Source: Methanothermococcus sp. Ax23 (GTDB taxonomy: Archaea > AGJL01 > Methanococci > Methanococcales > Methanococcaceae). Taken from it: a stretch of DNA of 64,000 nt. The position numbers and the translations under genes are program-made. The stretch covers positions 1,504,001-1,568,000 of the forward strand of contig NZ_CP157522.1 in assembly GCF_049075655.1 (NCBI RefSeq), written 5' to 3'. The notes under the pieces were generated by a model. That model saw only the letters and a program-made list of their open reading frames with translations, did no database searches and had not been told where the DNA came from. Within the stretch, counting starts at the first letter, position 1, and each line of letters begins with the position of its first letter. This document shows positions 32,376 through 41,568 of the stretch, piece after piece.

Positions 32376-32534
32376 ATGATAATAGAACATATAATAACGG
32401 CGATTTTAGTAATATTGATATTGATTGTAATGATAAAGATAGTAGTATCTGCCATAAAAACCGCCTTTAAATTGGCGATAATGGGATTTTTGTTCATAAT
32501 ACTGCTTTGGATTGTATTGAAGTTTATATTTTAA
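32376..32534 (+). CDS. Small two-helix membrane protein (52 aa), missing from the ORF track
   Basis: GGTGGG RBS, then MIIEHIITAILVILILIVMIKIVVSAIKTAFKLAIMGFLFIILLWIVLKFIF*. Confidence 0.7.
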   Translation: MIIEHIITAILVILILIVMIKIVVSAIKTAFKLAIMGFLFIILLWIVLKFIF

Positions 32535-32560
32535 TTTTAATTCAATTTTTTGGTGAATTT

Positions 32561-33301
32561 ATGGATAAAAATGGAGATAACTGCACCAACATTAACAATT
32601 TAAAATTAGACAAAACCCAAAGGGTTTTGTTGCTCGAACCTTCGGTTCGAATTATTAACGAATTTAAAAATCATCCTATAATACATAATTTAGTAGATTG
32701 GGAGATGCTAAACAAAATATTAAAAGAAAATAACATAAAATTAATAGATTTTGTAGGTAAAGGGCATCGGGGAGTAGTTTTTAAAGGTTTAATGGATGAT
32801 AAATTAGTTGCAGTTAAGGTGCCGAGAGTTGGGGCTAAAAATACAATCCACCATGAAGGAAGCATTTTAAAAGAAATTAACAAATTTGGAGTAGCCCCGA
32901 TAGTTTATAATTTTTCAGAGGATTTTCTTATTATGGAATTTGCAGAGGGCATTAGCTTAAAGGACTATATGAACCAAAATGATATTGATAAAAAAGAACT
33001 TTTATGGATTATTGAAGAAACTCTTAGACAGTGTTTAAGGCTCGATTTACATAAAATAGACCACACAGAGATTCAAGGGGGAAAGCATATTATCATCAAC
33101 AAAAATATTAATAAAATATACATCATAGATTTTGATAAGGCGAAAAAAAGGAGAGCTCACAACTTCACAAGTGCCATGGCATTGTTTTTTGGTAAGTGCT
33201 ATATAGCAAATAGGGTGAAAGATGTATTAAATATCTCTGAGGATGAAGAAAGCCATATTATGGAGCTCGTAAAACTGTATAAAAAAATAGTTTTAAAATA
33301 A
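32561..33301 (+). CDS. Atypical Ser/Thr protein kinase (RIO/Bud32-like)
   Basis: GKGHRGVV, VAVK, E..ILK, HTEIQG.KHII, IIDFDKA; GGTGA RBS. Confidence 0.85.
   Translation: MDKNGDNCTNINNLKLDKTQRVLLLEPSVRIINEFKNHPIIHNLVDWEMLNKILKENNIKLIDFVGKGHRGVVFKGLMDDKLVAVKVPRVGAKNTIHHEGSILKEINKFGVAPIVYNFSEDFLIMEFAEGISLKDYMNQNDIDKKELLWIIEETLRQCLRLDLHKIDHTEIQGGKHIIINKNINKIYIIDFDKAKKRRAHNFTSAMALFFGKCYIANRVKDVLNISEDEESHIMELVKLYKKIVLK
32605..32649 (+). repeat. Two-hairpin micro-element inside the kinase 5' coding region
   Basis: ATTAGA-CAAAACCC aaa GGGTTTTG-TTGC-TCGAACC ttc GGTTCG(A); ~45 bp, frame-preserving. Confidence 0.85.
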
Positions 33302-33328
33302 AAAAATAAAATAAATAAACGGGAGATT

Positions 33329-33781
33329 ATGGGAAAGAAGTATTTATTAATTTTATCATGTTCAAAAACTAAAAAGAACATTGACCGAGCTCCTGCAATA
33401 GAGCTCTACGATGGTATGTATTACAGAGTTTTAAGAAAAAATTTTAATTTAAAAGATAATAAAAATTTAGATATTTTAATATTATCTGCAAAATACGGTT
33501 TAATAGATTCCAATGAAATAATTGATTATTACGACCAATTAATGACTTCAAAAAGGGCGGAAGAATTAAAAGATAGTGTTAAATCAAAATTAAAAGAAGT
33601 TCTAAAAAATAACAACTACGATGAAATATTTATCACCATGGGGGCAACATACGAAAAGGCATTTGATAGTGAATGTAGGGAGCTCCTACAAAAATACAAC
33701 ACTCACTGGATTGAGGGCATGATTGGGGAGAGGCTTCAACAATTGAAAAAATGGTTAATATCCATTAATAATGATAAATAA
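33329..33781 (+). CDS. DUF6884/YaaA-like protein
   Basis: LILSCSKTK..PAIELYDG.YY, ILILSAKYGLI, YYDQ.M motifs. Confidence 0.8.
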   Translation: MGKKYLLILSCSKTKKNIDRAPAIELYDGMYYRVLRKNFNLKDNKNLDILILSAKYGLIDSNEIIDYYDQLMTSKRAEELKDSVKSKLKEVLKNNNYDEIFITMGATYEKAFDSECRELLQKYNTHWIEGMIGERLQQLKKWLISINNDK

Positions 33782-33787
33782 AATAAA

Positions 33788-36106
33788 ATGCAGAATAGTG
33801 ATAATATGACATTGGAACTAAATGAATTTATAAACTCTATTGAAAATATATTGGGGTATGAGCTCAACACCAAACAGAAAGATGCCATACTTCACAAGGA
33901 TAATCCACTATGGGTTGTAGCAGGTCCTGGCTCCGGTAAAACTGAGGTTTTAGTGGTAAGAACTTTAAAGCTTATTTATGTGGATGGTGTAAATCCAAAA
34001 TCCATAATATTAACCACATTTACGAAAAAGGCTTCCCAAAATCTATTTAATAGAATTTTAAATTATTCAAATAAACTATGTGATATACATCCAAAATTAA
34101 AGGAGCTCAACATTGATATTCATAGCTTGAGAGTTGGAACACTTCACAGTTTATGCTCTGATATTATGAAGGAATATAAGTATATTGATTATGAAAATTA
34201 CAAACTAATGAATGAGATGGAAAATTATCTTTTTATATATAATCACTGCGAGCTCGTAAAGAACGGGGAGTTCTATAAAGAAGAATTATGGAAAAAATTT
34301 CAATATTTGGTTAAAAAATGGAACGCAGATAATAAAGAATGGTACATTGATACCAAAGATAAGGCAAGATTGGCTAAGGCAACTATTACATTATTTAATA
34401 GAATTGTAGAGGATAGGTTGGATTTGAATAAAATGAAGGTGAGCTCTAAAAAACACCACAGAATATTGGCAGAAGAATATGAAAAATTCATTGATAAATT
34501 GGAAGAATTTAAACTATGCAATTTTGCCACTGTGCAGTTAAAATTTTTAGAATTTTTAGATTCTGAGGACGGGGATTTATTTTTAAATGGTGGTGGGCAC
34601 AATCCAGAATTAAAATATATTATGGTGGATGAATACCAAGATACAAATCCTATTCAAGAGGAAATATATTTTAAATTGGCAAAGCATACTGAAAATAAAA
34701 ATTTATGTGTTGTAGGGGATGATGACCAGGCGTTGTATAGATTTAGGGGCGGGACTGTTGATTGTATGGTAAGGTTTGGTGATTCCTGCGAGAAAAAGTT
34801 GGGAATTCCAAAGGAGAATGTGAATAAAATATTTTTAAACTTAAATTATAGGTCTCATAAGGATATTGTAAAGTATTGCAATGATTATATAACATCCTTT
34901 GAGAAGTTAAAAAATGTTGAAATGGAAAAAGCAAGAGTTAAAGGTAAGCCACCATTAAAACCAGAAAAATCAATTAATGAAACATATCCTGCTTTAAACT
35001 ATCTCAAAGAAGAAAAAGATGAAGAATTAGCAAAAAAGGTTGTAGATGCTGTAAAATATTTTAAAGAAAATAGCATTATTGAGGATTACTCCCAATGTGT
35101 GTTATTAATCAAAAGCACAAGGGAAATAGATTATAAAGGAGAAAAGACCTTTATAGGACATGCTGTAAGTGAATTAACCAATAAGGGCATTGAAACATAC
35201 AATCCAAGGTCAAAGAACTTTTTAAGTCAAGAAGAAATAAAATTGGCATTGGGGGCATTCATATCTATTGTAGATAACGATTTGTATGTTCTGGAAAATA
35301 AACTGAGCTCTGAAAATATAAGCTCCGTTGTTGTAAATTGGTTTAATGAATATGAAAAAAATAAAGATAAATATCTAGAATTAAAGGAATATGTTGATAA
35401 ATCTGTCGAGAAAATCAAAAGTATGAAAGCAGGGAACTGGACAAATGCAACTATACAAGACATTCTTTATAAAATATTTGCATGCAGTCCTTTTTCAGAG
35501 TGGATGGATGACACTGAAAAAAGTTGTAGATTGGCAAAACTCACTCAAATATTTGATAGTTATTCATCAATACCTATGGATAATCCAGAGGTAAGCAGGG
35601 GAGCTCTGAAAATTGATTCGGAAGAGGATGGAAAAATTGACACTTTGTGGTTAATAAACTTTTACGGTTCTCTTGTTGGGCACTTTGTAAATGGGATGGA
35701 CGATTTAGAGGATGAGGAAGTAATAATTCCAGATGGGAAATTTCCTATTATGACTGTGCATCAGGCAAAAGGTTTGGAATTTCCAATAGTTTTCGTATAT
35801 GTTGAGAATTGGAAGGCTGAAGCAGATGCAGGCGCAAGATTGGAAGGGGAATTTTCAGAATACACAGATTTTAAAAGAATTACAACTAACCAATTCATAA
35901 AAACTAATCAAGACATGGTAAGATTTCACTATGTGGCATACTCACGAGCTCAGTATGGACTCATACATTTGTGGAGCTCCGAAAATTTGGAAAAGAGAAA
36001 GAGGAATAAGAGCAAATTGTATGGATTTATAAAAGGAAAACCAAATAATCTTGTAAGATATATTAAGAACCTCTATAATGGGAATGGTGCTAATAATACT
36101 TTATAA
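33788..36106 (+). CDS. UvrD/PcrA-like SF1 helicase
   Basis: AGPGSGKT, TFTKKA, GTLHS, VDEYQDTN, VGDDDQALYRFRG, NYRS, MTVHQAKGLEFPIVF, YVAYSRA. Confidence 0.95.
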   Translation: MQNSDNMTLELNEFINSIENILGYELNTKQKDAILHKDNPLWVVAGPGSGKTEVLVVRTLKLIYVDGVNPKSIILTTFTKKASQNLFNRILNYSNKLCDIHPKLKELNIDIHSLRVGTLHSLCSDIMKEYKYIDYENYKLMNEMENYLFIYNHCELVKNGEFYKEELWKKFQYLVKKWNADNKEWYIDTKDKARLAKATITLFNRIVEDRLDLNKMKVSSKKHHRILAEEYEKFIDKLEEFKLCNFATVQLKFLEFLDSEDGDLFLNGGGHNPELKYIMVDEYQDTNPIQEEIYFKLAKHTENKNLCVVGDDDQALYRFRGGTVDCMVRFGDSCEKKLGIPKENVNKIFLNLNYRSHKDIVKYCNDYITSFEKLKNVEMEKARVKGKPPLKPEKSINETYPALNYLKEEKDEELAKKVVDAVKYFKENSIIEDYSQCVLLIKSTREIDYKGEKTFIGHAVSELTNKGIETYNPRSKNFLSQEEIKLALGAFISIVDNDLYVLENKLSSENISSVVVNWFNEYEKNKDKYLELKEYVDKSVEKIKSMKAGNWTNATIQDILYKIFACSPFSEWMDDTEKSCRLAKLTQIFDSYSSIPMDNPEVSRGALKIDSEEDGKIDTLWLINFYGSLVGHFVNGMDDLEDEEVIIPDGKFPIMTVHQAKGLEFPIVFVYVENWKAEADAGARLEGEFSEYTDFKRITTNQFIKTNQDMVRFHYVAYSRAQYGLIHLWSSENLEKRKRNKSKLYGFIKGKPNNLVRYIKNLYNGNGANNTL

Positions 36107-36125
36107 ATAAATATTTGGTGAAAAT

Positions 36126-37061
36126 GTGCTATTTGAGACGCTTAACAAATATAAATCTTTAAAAATAAAAAAAGAAGAAGATAATGATAAAATAAAACAA
36201 AAATACAGCATTACCGCAGATATACTATCCTTTCAAATATGTAAAAGGCAGTATGGATTTAACACAGTTAAGGGGTTTAGCAATACTCAGGAAACTCAGG
36301 AATGGCATGGAACCTTAATTCATCAGGTTTTAAGCAGATTGCATGGAAAATATCTACATAATGTAAAGCTTAAAAATAAAGGAATAATTGGAGAAAAAGA
36401 TTTAATACCAACAGATAAAGATGTAGAGGAGCTCTTTAAAAAAGCAAATGAAGTTTTAAAATCAAGAGGTATTAAACCAAAAAGTAGGGAAAATGAGGAA
36501 AAAATACTAAATCTTTTAAAAATATTTAATAAAAGGGAAGGGAAAACACTATATCCAAGGATTGTTGATTCTGAGTTAAGATTGCAGGCAGATATGGGGG
36601 ATTACATACTATACGGGGTAATAGATGTCGTTGTTGAAGGGAATGAAGGCATTGAAATATGGGATTACAAAGGAATGAAATTTCCAGATTTAAACCGAGA
36701 CTGGGGAAAGAAAAAACTCAGAAGATATGAATACCAAATGCTTGTTTATGCCGAGCTCTACAAACAGAGGTTCGGGAATTACCCTTCAAAATGTGTTTTG
36801 TATTTTATGAATGAGCTCACTAAGGGGAGCCCCCCTTATTTGAAATATGTGATTGATTTTAACGATAAGAATAATATTGATAAAATTAAAGATGCAATTG
36901 AAGATTTTTCAAATACTGTTAAAAAAATAGAATACTGCAAGGAAAACAACAATTGGACTATTGATGAAAAAGAAAAGCCAGACAAAGAAACCTGTGATGT
37001 TTGCGATTTAAGATGGAGTTGCCCCGCAGTTAAGGGAAAATATGAGATAAAACCCCTTTAA
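36126..37061 (+). CDS. RecB/Cas4-like PD-(D/E)XK nuclease with a predicted Fe-S staple
   Basis: N-terminal C (FQICKRQY), GTLIH, GVIDV..EIWDYKG, QMLVYA, C-terminal CDVCDLRWSC. Confidence 0.9.
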   Translation: MLFETLNKYKSLKIKKEEDNDKIKQKYSITADILSFQICKRQYGFNTVKGFSNTQETQEWHGTLIHQVLSRLHGKYLHNVKLKNKGIIGEKDLIPTDKDVEELFKKANEVLKSRGIKPKSRENEEKILNLLKIFNKREGKTLYPRIVDSELRLQADMGDYILYGVIDVVVEGNEGIEIWDYKGMKFPDLNRDWGKKKLRRYEYQMLVYAELYKQRFGNYPSKCVLYFMNELTKGSPPYLKYVIDFNDKNNIDKIKDAIEDFSNTVKKIEYCKENNNWTIDEKEKPDKETCDVCDLRWSCPAVKGKYEIKPL

Positions 37062-37074
37062 ATAAGGATAGAAT

Positions 37075-37169
37075 ATTAGACAAAATCACTTCGTGATTTT
37101 GTTGTTTGTCCAAGCGAAGCGAAGGACAACTTAAAACCGTAGGTTTTAGGTCGCTTGCTACCGCAAACG
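37075..37169 (+). repeat. Four-hairpin micro-element
   Basis: ATTAGACAAAATCAC ttc GTGATTTTGTTG / TTGTCC..GGACAA / TAAAACC gta GGTTTTA / CGCTTGC tacc GCAAACG; same layout as 46327-46418. Confidence 0.85.
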
Positions 37170-37258
37170 ATAACACAACTGGCAATGATAAATCTAATAT
37201 AACTTATTATTTAATTAATTAATAAAATTTATACTAACTATTACCTATCGGTGTAATA

Positions 37259-38521
37259 ATGATAAGATATTTTTTACCAGACTGGGAAGACAGATTAGAC
37301 CCAAATTTTGATTTTATAAATGATGAATACTCAGAAGAACATAAAACGAATCCCTATGAAAATGATGTGTATGCTCACCAAATTTTTAAAGAGCCCCCTT
37401 ATGATGGTATTTTATTTAGTTTAAGCGTTTTTAAGTCTAAAATCTCATTAAACAATAAAAAAGAAATTTACAAAATAAGAAATCATACGAGCATAAAGGA
37501 TTATTTAAAAATCCCTAAAAACTCAAATTTAGAAGTAATGGGAGACTGTGGAGCATTTGGATATGTAAATGAAAAAGAGCCACCGTTGCCCTTTTACAGC
37601 GTTGAAAATGTTGCCAAATTATACCATAAATTAGGTTTTGATTATGGAGTAGCTCCTGACCATTTAGTAGTGGATAAAATAACGATAAAAGACGAAAACG
37701 GAAAGAAAAAGAAAGTTCCTCTTACTCAAAAAGAGAAAGATTATAGGATAAACCTTACTTTGGAAAATGCTGAAAAGTTTTTAAAACTACACAATAAAAA
37801 AGGATACAACTACATACCCATTGGGACAGCACAGGGTTATGATGTGGAATCCTATAAGAGCTCCGTTAAATCACTTGTTGATATGGGTTATAATTACATT
37901 GCTCTTGGAAGTCTTGTAGGTTATAAGACCGAATTTATATTGAACATACTTCATGGAATACAGCCTGTGATAAGTGAAGACATAAAAATCCATTTATTTG
38001 GTGTTGTAAGAATAGGAGCTCTGAAAAAATTTGAAGAGTTGGGAGTTAAAAGTTTGGACAGCACCTCATTTTTAAGAAAGGCATGGTTAAGGTCAGGTCA
38101 AAATTATATGAAAGATGGTAAAGGGTATGCTGCTATAAGAGTTCCCTATACTTCAAATCCGAGAACTACGAAGAAAGTATTGGAAAAAGGATATTCAATG
38201 GAGTATTTAAAAGAGTTAGAACGCCGAGCTCTGAAAACACTGTTAGATTATGAAAAGGGACTGATTGATATAGATAAGACTCTTGATATTGTAATGGAAT
38301 ATGATAAATTATTTTTAAGAAACTCGAGAGATGGGAAAAATTTAAGGGAAAAATATTATAAAACTTTAAAAGATAAACCTTGGGAATCCTGCGAATGCCC
38401 CATATGTAAAGAACTGGGCATACATGTGGTGATATTTAGGGGAACCAATAGGAATAAGAGAAGGGGATTTCATAATGTATGGGAGCTCAGGCGGATGATG
38501 AAAGGCAATCAAAATGTCTAA
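37259..38521 (+). CDS. dpdA: DpdA-like tRNA-guanine transglycosylase paralog (candidate DNA 7-deazaguanine transglycosylase)
   Basis: YFLPDWEDRLDP.FDF..D N-terminus, MGDCGAF, DHL, IGTAQG, IALGSL, IHLFG, SLDST, CECPIC...G..RNKRRGFHN; no ArcTGT C-terminal PUA domain. Confidence 0.85.
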   Translation: MIRYFLPDWEDRLDPNFDFINDEYSEEHKTNPYENDVYAHQIFKEPPYDGILFSLSVFKSKISLNNKKEIYKIRNHTSIKDYLKIPKNSNLEVMGDCGAFGYVNEKEPPLPFYSVENVAKLYHKLGFDYGVAPDHLVVDKITIKDENGKKKKVPLTQKEKDYRINLTLENAEKFLKLHNKKGYNYIPIGTAQGYDVESYKSSVKSLVDMGYNYIALGSLVGYKTEFILNILHGIQPVISEDIKIHLFGVVRIGALKKFEELGVKSLDSTSFLRKAWLRSGQNYMKDGKGYAAIRVPYTSNPRTTKKVLEKGYSMEYLKELERRALKTLLDYEKGLIDIDKTLDIVMEYDKLFLRNSRDGKNLREKYYKTLKDKPWESCECPICKELGIHVVIFRGTNRNKRRGFHNVWELRRMMKGNQNV

Positions 38522-38881
38522 TTATTTATGCGAAAAAAGAGAGCAACTCCAAAATTGTTGTTTTATGCATTAGAGTATGTTTTATGAGAAAATACATACC
38601 AATAATGTCTGACCTACTCCAACGAGTGAACTCGTTGGGTTCTCGCTTACGGTAGTAAGCGAGCAACGAAATCACGAAGTGATTTCGTCTAATTTTAGTA
38701 GGGTTTAACCCTACACGGGTGGCCAAGCCCACTACCCCTACCCATTAATGGGTTCAGGGCTACGCTATGCACTTCCAACCACTACCAGCGGTAGAGTTTT
38801 CACTAACCCTACCCATAGATACTTGGACTGGTAGCGTTACTTACTACTAATCTTCATATATTTATATTTTACTACTTACTA

Positions 38882-39926
38882 GAGGTTGTCGAAAAATATT
38901 AAATTATCAATAACATATAATACATGTTATGAAGGGGAATATAAAAAAGAAAATAGAAAAGAAAAAGACCAATCCTAAGACAAAAGGATACTGGAGAATA
39001 TACGACCTTAGATATAAGAAATACGACCTAAGAACTACTTATACGTTGATTTTATCCATTACAAACATGCTGAATCGTCCTTCTACCGAAGGACGAAAGG
39101 TTGGTAGGGTATCTGCCCTACCCTATAATGAATATGTGGTAGTTCTAATATTAAAACATATCTACAAACTAAGTTTAAGGGATTTAGAGACACTCTCAAA
39201 TACATTACATAACAAACATATTGACCATTCCACATACGGTAAAGCATTCAAGCGAATAGATACCTGGTGGTTATCTACCTTACTTACTTTTACATATGTA
39301 ATTATAGATAATCTACTAACTCAGCCCTCCAACAAACTATATATGGCAGACTCAACAGGAGTTTCCATAAATAGGTTATACTATGAGTGCATTCACGGAG
39401 GGAAACGTACTAAACGATTGGTGCATGATAAATTGCATGTTCTAGCATCATACTATCCAGAACAAGGATATATTCCAATAATCTCCGCCCGTTGGGGCGG
39501 AGGTTATAGTTCCGATAGTGCCAACCTATTGGAAATGGTTAAACAGATTGATTTTTTAGATAATGAATATCTACTGGCTGATGGAGGATATGATTGCTGT
39601 GAATTGTTTGAATATTTACTACAACACAATATCACTCCAATAGTTAAAACAAAAGAATTCAAGTGGAAGTATCATATTAGCAAAGTTAGAAAAACCATTA
39701 AGAGCATGTTTAACAAGGATTGGTATCGCCTTCGGGGGATAGTAGAATCCATATTTGGAGGGCTGGAGACTAAAAACAGGTTAAAATTAGATGACAGGTT
39801 GGCGGATAGCAGATGTAAAAGCACTATCGCAGTAGCGATAGTGCATAACATATTAACACTAATGAGGATATTAGTATTAACATATGATACCAAATAAATT
39901 TACTAATTCAATTATTCGACAACCTC
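38882..39926 (+). mobile_element. IS5/IS4-superfamily DDE insertion sequence (1045 bp)
   Basis: Terminal inverted repeats GAGGTTGTCGAA...TTCGACAACCTC; 9-bp TSD TACTTACTA at 38873-38881 and 39927-39935. Confidence 0.92.
38929..39897 (+). CDS. DDE transposase (DDE_Tnp_1-like)
   Basis: ADSTG, KLH, LADGGYD, YRLRGIVESIFG motifs. Confidence 0.9.
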   Translation: MKGNIKKKIEKKKTNPKTKGYWRIYDLRYKKYDLRTTYTLILSITNMLNRPSTEGRKVGRVSALPYNEYVVVLILKHIYKLSLRDLETLSNTLHNKHIDHSTYGKAFKRIDTWWLSTLLTFTYVIIDNLLTQPSNKLYMADSTGVSINRLYYECIHGGKRTKRLVHDKLHVLASYYPEQGYIPIISARWGGGYSSDSANLLEMVKQIDFLDNEYLLADGGYDCCELFEYLLQHNITPIVKTKEFKWKYHISKVRKTIKSMFNKDWYRLRGIVESIFGGLETKNRLKLDDRLADSRCKSTIAVAIVHNILTLMRILVLTYDTK

Positions 39927-40041
39927 TACTTACTAGCCAATATAATGTCCGCCTCTCATCCAATCTCGTAAGAGATTTTACAAAACTATGTTTTGTATAA
40001 CGACTGAAGTCGTTGGCTTTCCCGGCGGTTTATCGTAAATA

Positions 40042-40533
40042 TTATTTATTATCACCATGGTCAGATAAGATAGTAACATCGAATTCACAACAGTCATCTC
40101 CATTTGCATAACATTTTGTCTCCACAACTTTAACTTTTTTATCCAATATGGACTCTAAACATCCAGCAATAATTCCTGCTTCAAAATAACATATTGGTTT
40201 ACCTAAATTAGGCAATCCTGCGCAATCGATACATTCCCTGATTCTAAATTTTAACGGATCCTCACTAACTACGCTTAAAATTCCGATACCCAATTCTTTA
40301 AAAAATTCTTTCATATCATCTATTGATTTAATACCAATGTTTTCTCCAAAATGCATTCCCGCAAAATACAACTTAGATGCTGCATTAAATCCCAAATACT
40401 CAATAATTGAAAGTTTGAGTGCTCTAATCAATGAAACATCAGCTTGCCTACCCAGTGTAGGTCTATCTACATTACATATTTCTTCAAAACTTAGTTCTAA
40501 AATGTCTGATTTTTTCACAATATCCCTCCCCAA
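40042..40533 (-). CDS. V4R domain protein
   Basis: RPTLG, ELGIG, ECIDCAGLP..GKPICYFEAG, ETKCYANGDDCCEF. Confidence 0.9.
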   Translation of the reverse strand: MGRDIVKKSDILELSFEEICNVDRPTLGRQADVSLIRALKLSIIEYLGFNAASKLYFAGMHFGENIGIKSIDDMKEFFKELGIGILSVVSEDPLKFRIRECIDCAGLPNLGKPICYFEAGIIAGCLESILDKKVKVVETKCYANGDDCCEFDVTILSDHGDNK

Positions 40534-40723
40534 TCACGCGAATTTCAAACATTTTAATTTATGTGTGTCGTATATATAAATATTATGGGATTATGACATA
40601 TAGCTATCCAATTTATTACCATAATGGATTGTTAAGTTCAAACTATTCATATCTAAATTTATTAAATAAAATTATATATAGTATCAAATGGATAACTATA
40701 AAATAAAATATAGAGGGGATATT

Positions 40724-41488
40724 ATGGTAAAAATTATAGAAAAAATAATAAAAGATGCAGAGCCATTAAAAGATGCTATATTAATAGAGGGCCTTCCAGG
40801 AATAGGTCATGTAGGTAGAATAGCCGCAGAACATTTAATTCATGAATTTAATGGAGAAAAAGTTTTAGAACTTTATTGTGATGATTTTCCACCGCAAGTT
40901 TTGGTTAATAATGATGGAACAGTTGAATTTATGAATAATGAATTTTATTTAATAAAAGAACCAGTTCCCATGGTCGTAGTTCTTGGAAATACTCAAGCAC
41001 TTTCACCTGCGGGCCAATATCAACTTTCTCAAAAAATCGTAGAAATTGGTATAAGATACGGTGCAAAAATCACCTATACATTAGGGGGATTCGGCATAGG
41101 GCAGATAAAAGATACACCAACAGTTTATGTAGCTTCAACATCAAAAGAATTAGCCGATAAAATAAGCGAGCTCGGTGCTGAATTTAGACAGGATGGTGGA
41201 AGTATTATAGGAGCTGCTGGTTTGATGCTCACATTTTCAAAATTAAATGGCATTGAGGGGGTATGTCTTATGGGAGAAACTCCTGGATACTTGGTAGACC
41301 CAAAATCTGCAAGAAGAGTATTGGAAATACTTTCAAAGTTTGTTGGATTTGAGATTAGCATGAAAGAACTTGAAGAAAGGGCAAAAGAGATGGAAAAGTT
41401 CCTTGAAAAAATTAGAAAGTTCGAAGAAGAGGCATTGCAACAGCAGCAGATTCCTGCAAGTGAAGATGATTTAAGATATATAGGATAA
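40724..41488 (+). CDS. Proteasome assembly chaperone PAC2-family protein
   Basis: IEGLPGIGHVG, FPPQV, TLGGF, IIGAAGL, CLMGETPGYLVDPK, DLRYIG. Confidence 0.9.
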   Translation: MVKIIEKIIKDAEPLKDAILIEGLPGIGHVGRIAAEHLIHEFNGEKVLELYCDDFPPQVLVNNDGTVEFMNNEFYLIKEPVPMVVVLGNTQALSPAGQYQLSQKIVEIGIRYGAKITYTLGGFGIGQIKDTPTVYVASTSKELADKISELGAEFRQDGGSIIGAAGLMLTFSKLNGIEGVCLMGETPGYLVDPKSARRVLEILSKFVGFEISMKELEERAKEMEKFLEKIRKFEEEALQQQQIPASEDDLRYIG

Positions 41489-41568
41489 ATGAAATAATTA
41501 TTATTTTTTAAAATATAATATATATAGTATATATTATTTCAAAAAACTCAATAGATTTTATATATAAT

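Larger units (their letters stand above)
38609..40034 (-). mobile_element. Non-autonomous IS605-type element interrupted by an IS5-like element
   Basis: Ends match 16822-17139 (TTAC|GATAAACCGCCG ... GTAGGTCAG); contains a micro-element at 38644-38693. Confidence 0.9.

Noticed and set aside
36126-37061. Cas4 of a CRISPR system
   Set aside because: No cas1/cas2 or array nearby; the context is a UvrD partner nuclease
37259-38521. Housekeeping archaeosine tRNA-guanine transglycosylase
   Set aside because: Too short, lacks the C-terminal/PUA domains, has DpdA-type termini and sits with helicase/nuclease genes
38526-38732. 68-aa ORF similar to the Taw1 extension
   Set aside because: Translation of the MITE omegaRNA region, not a gene
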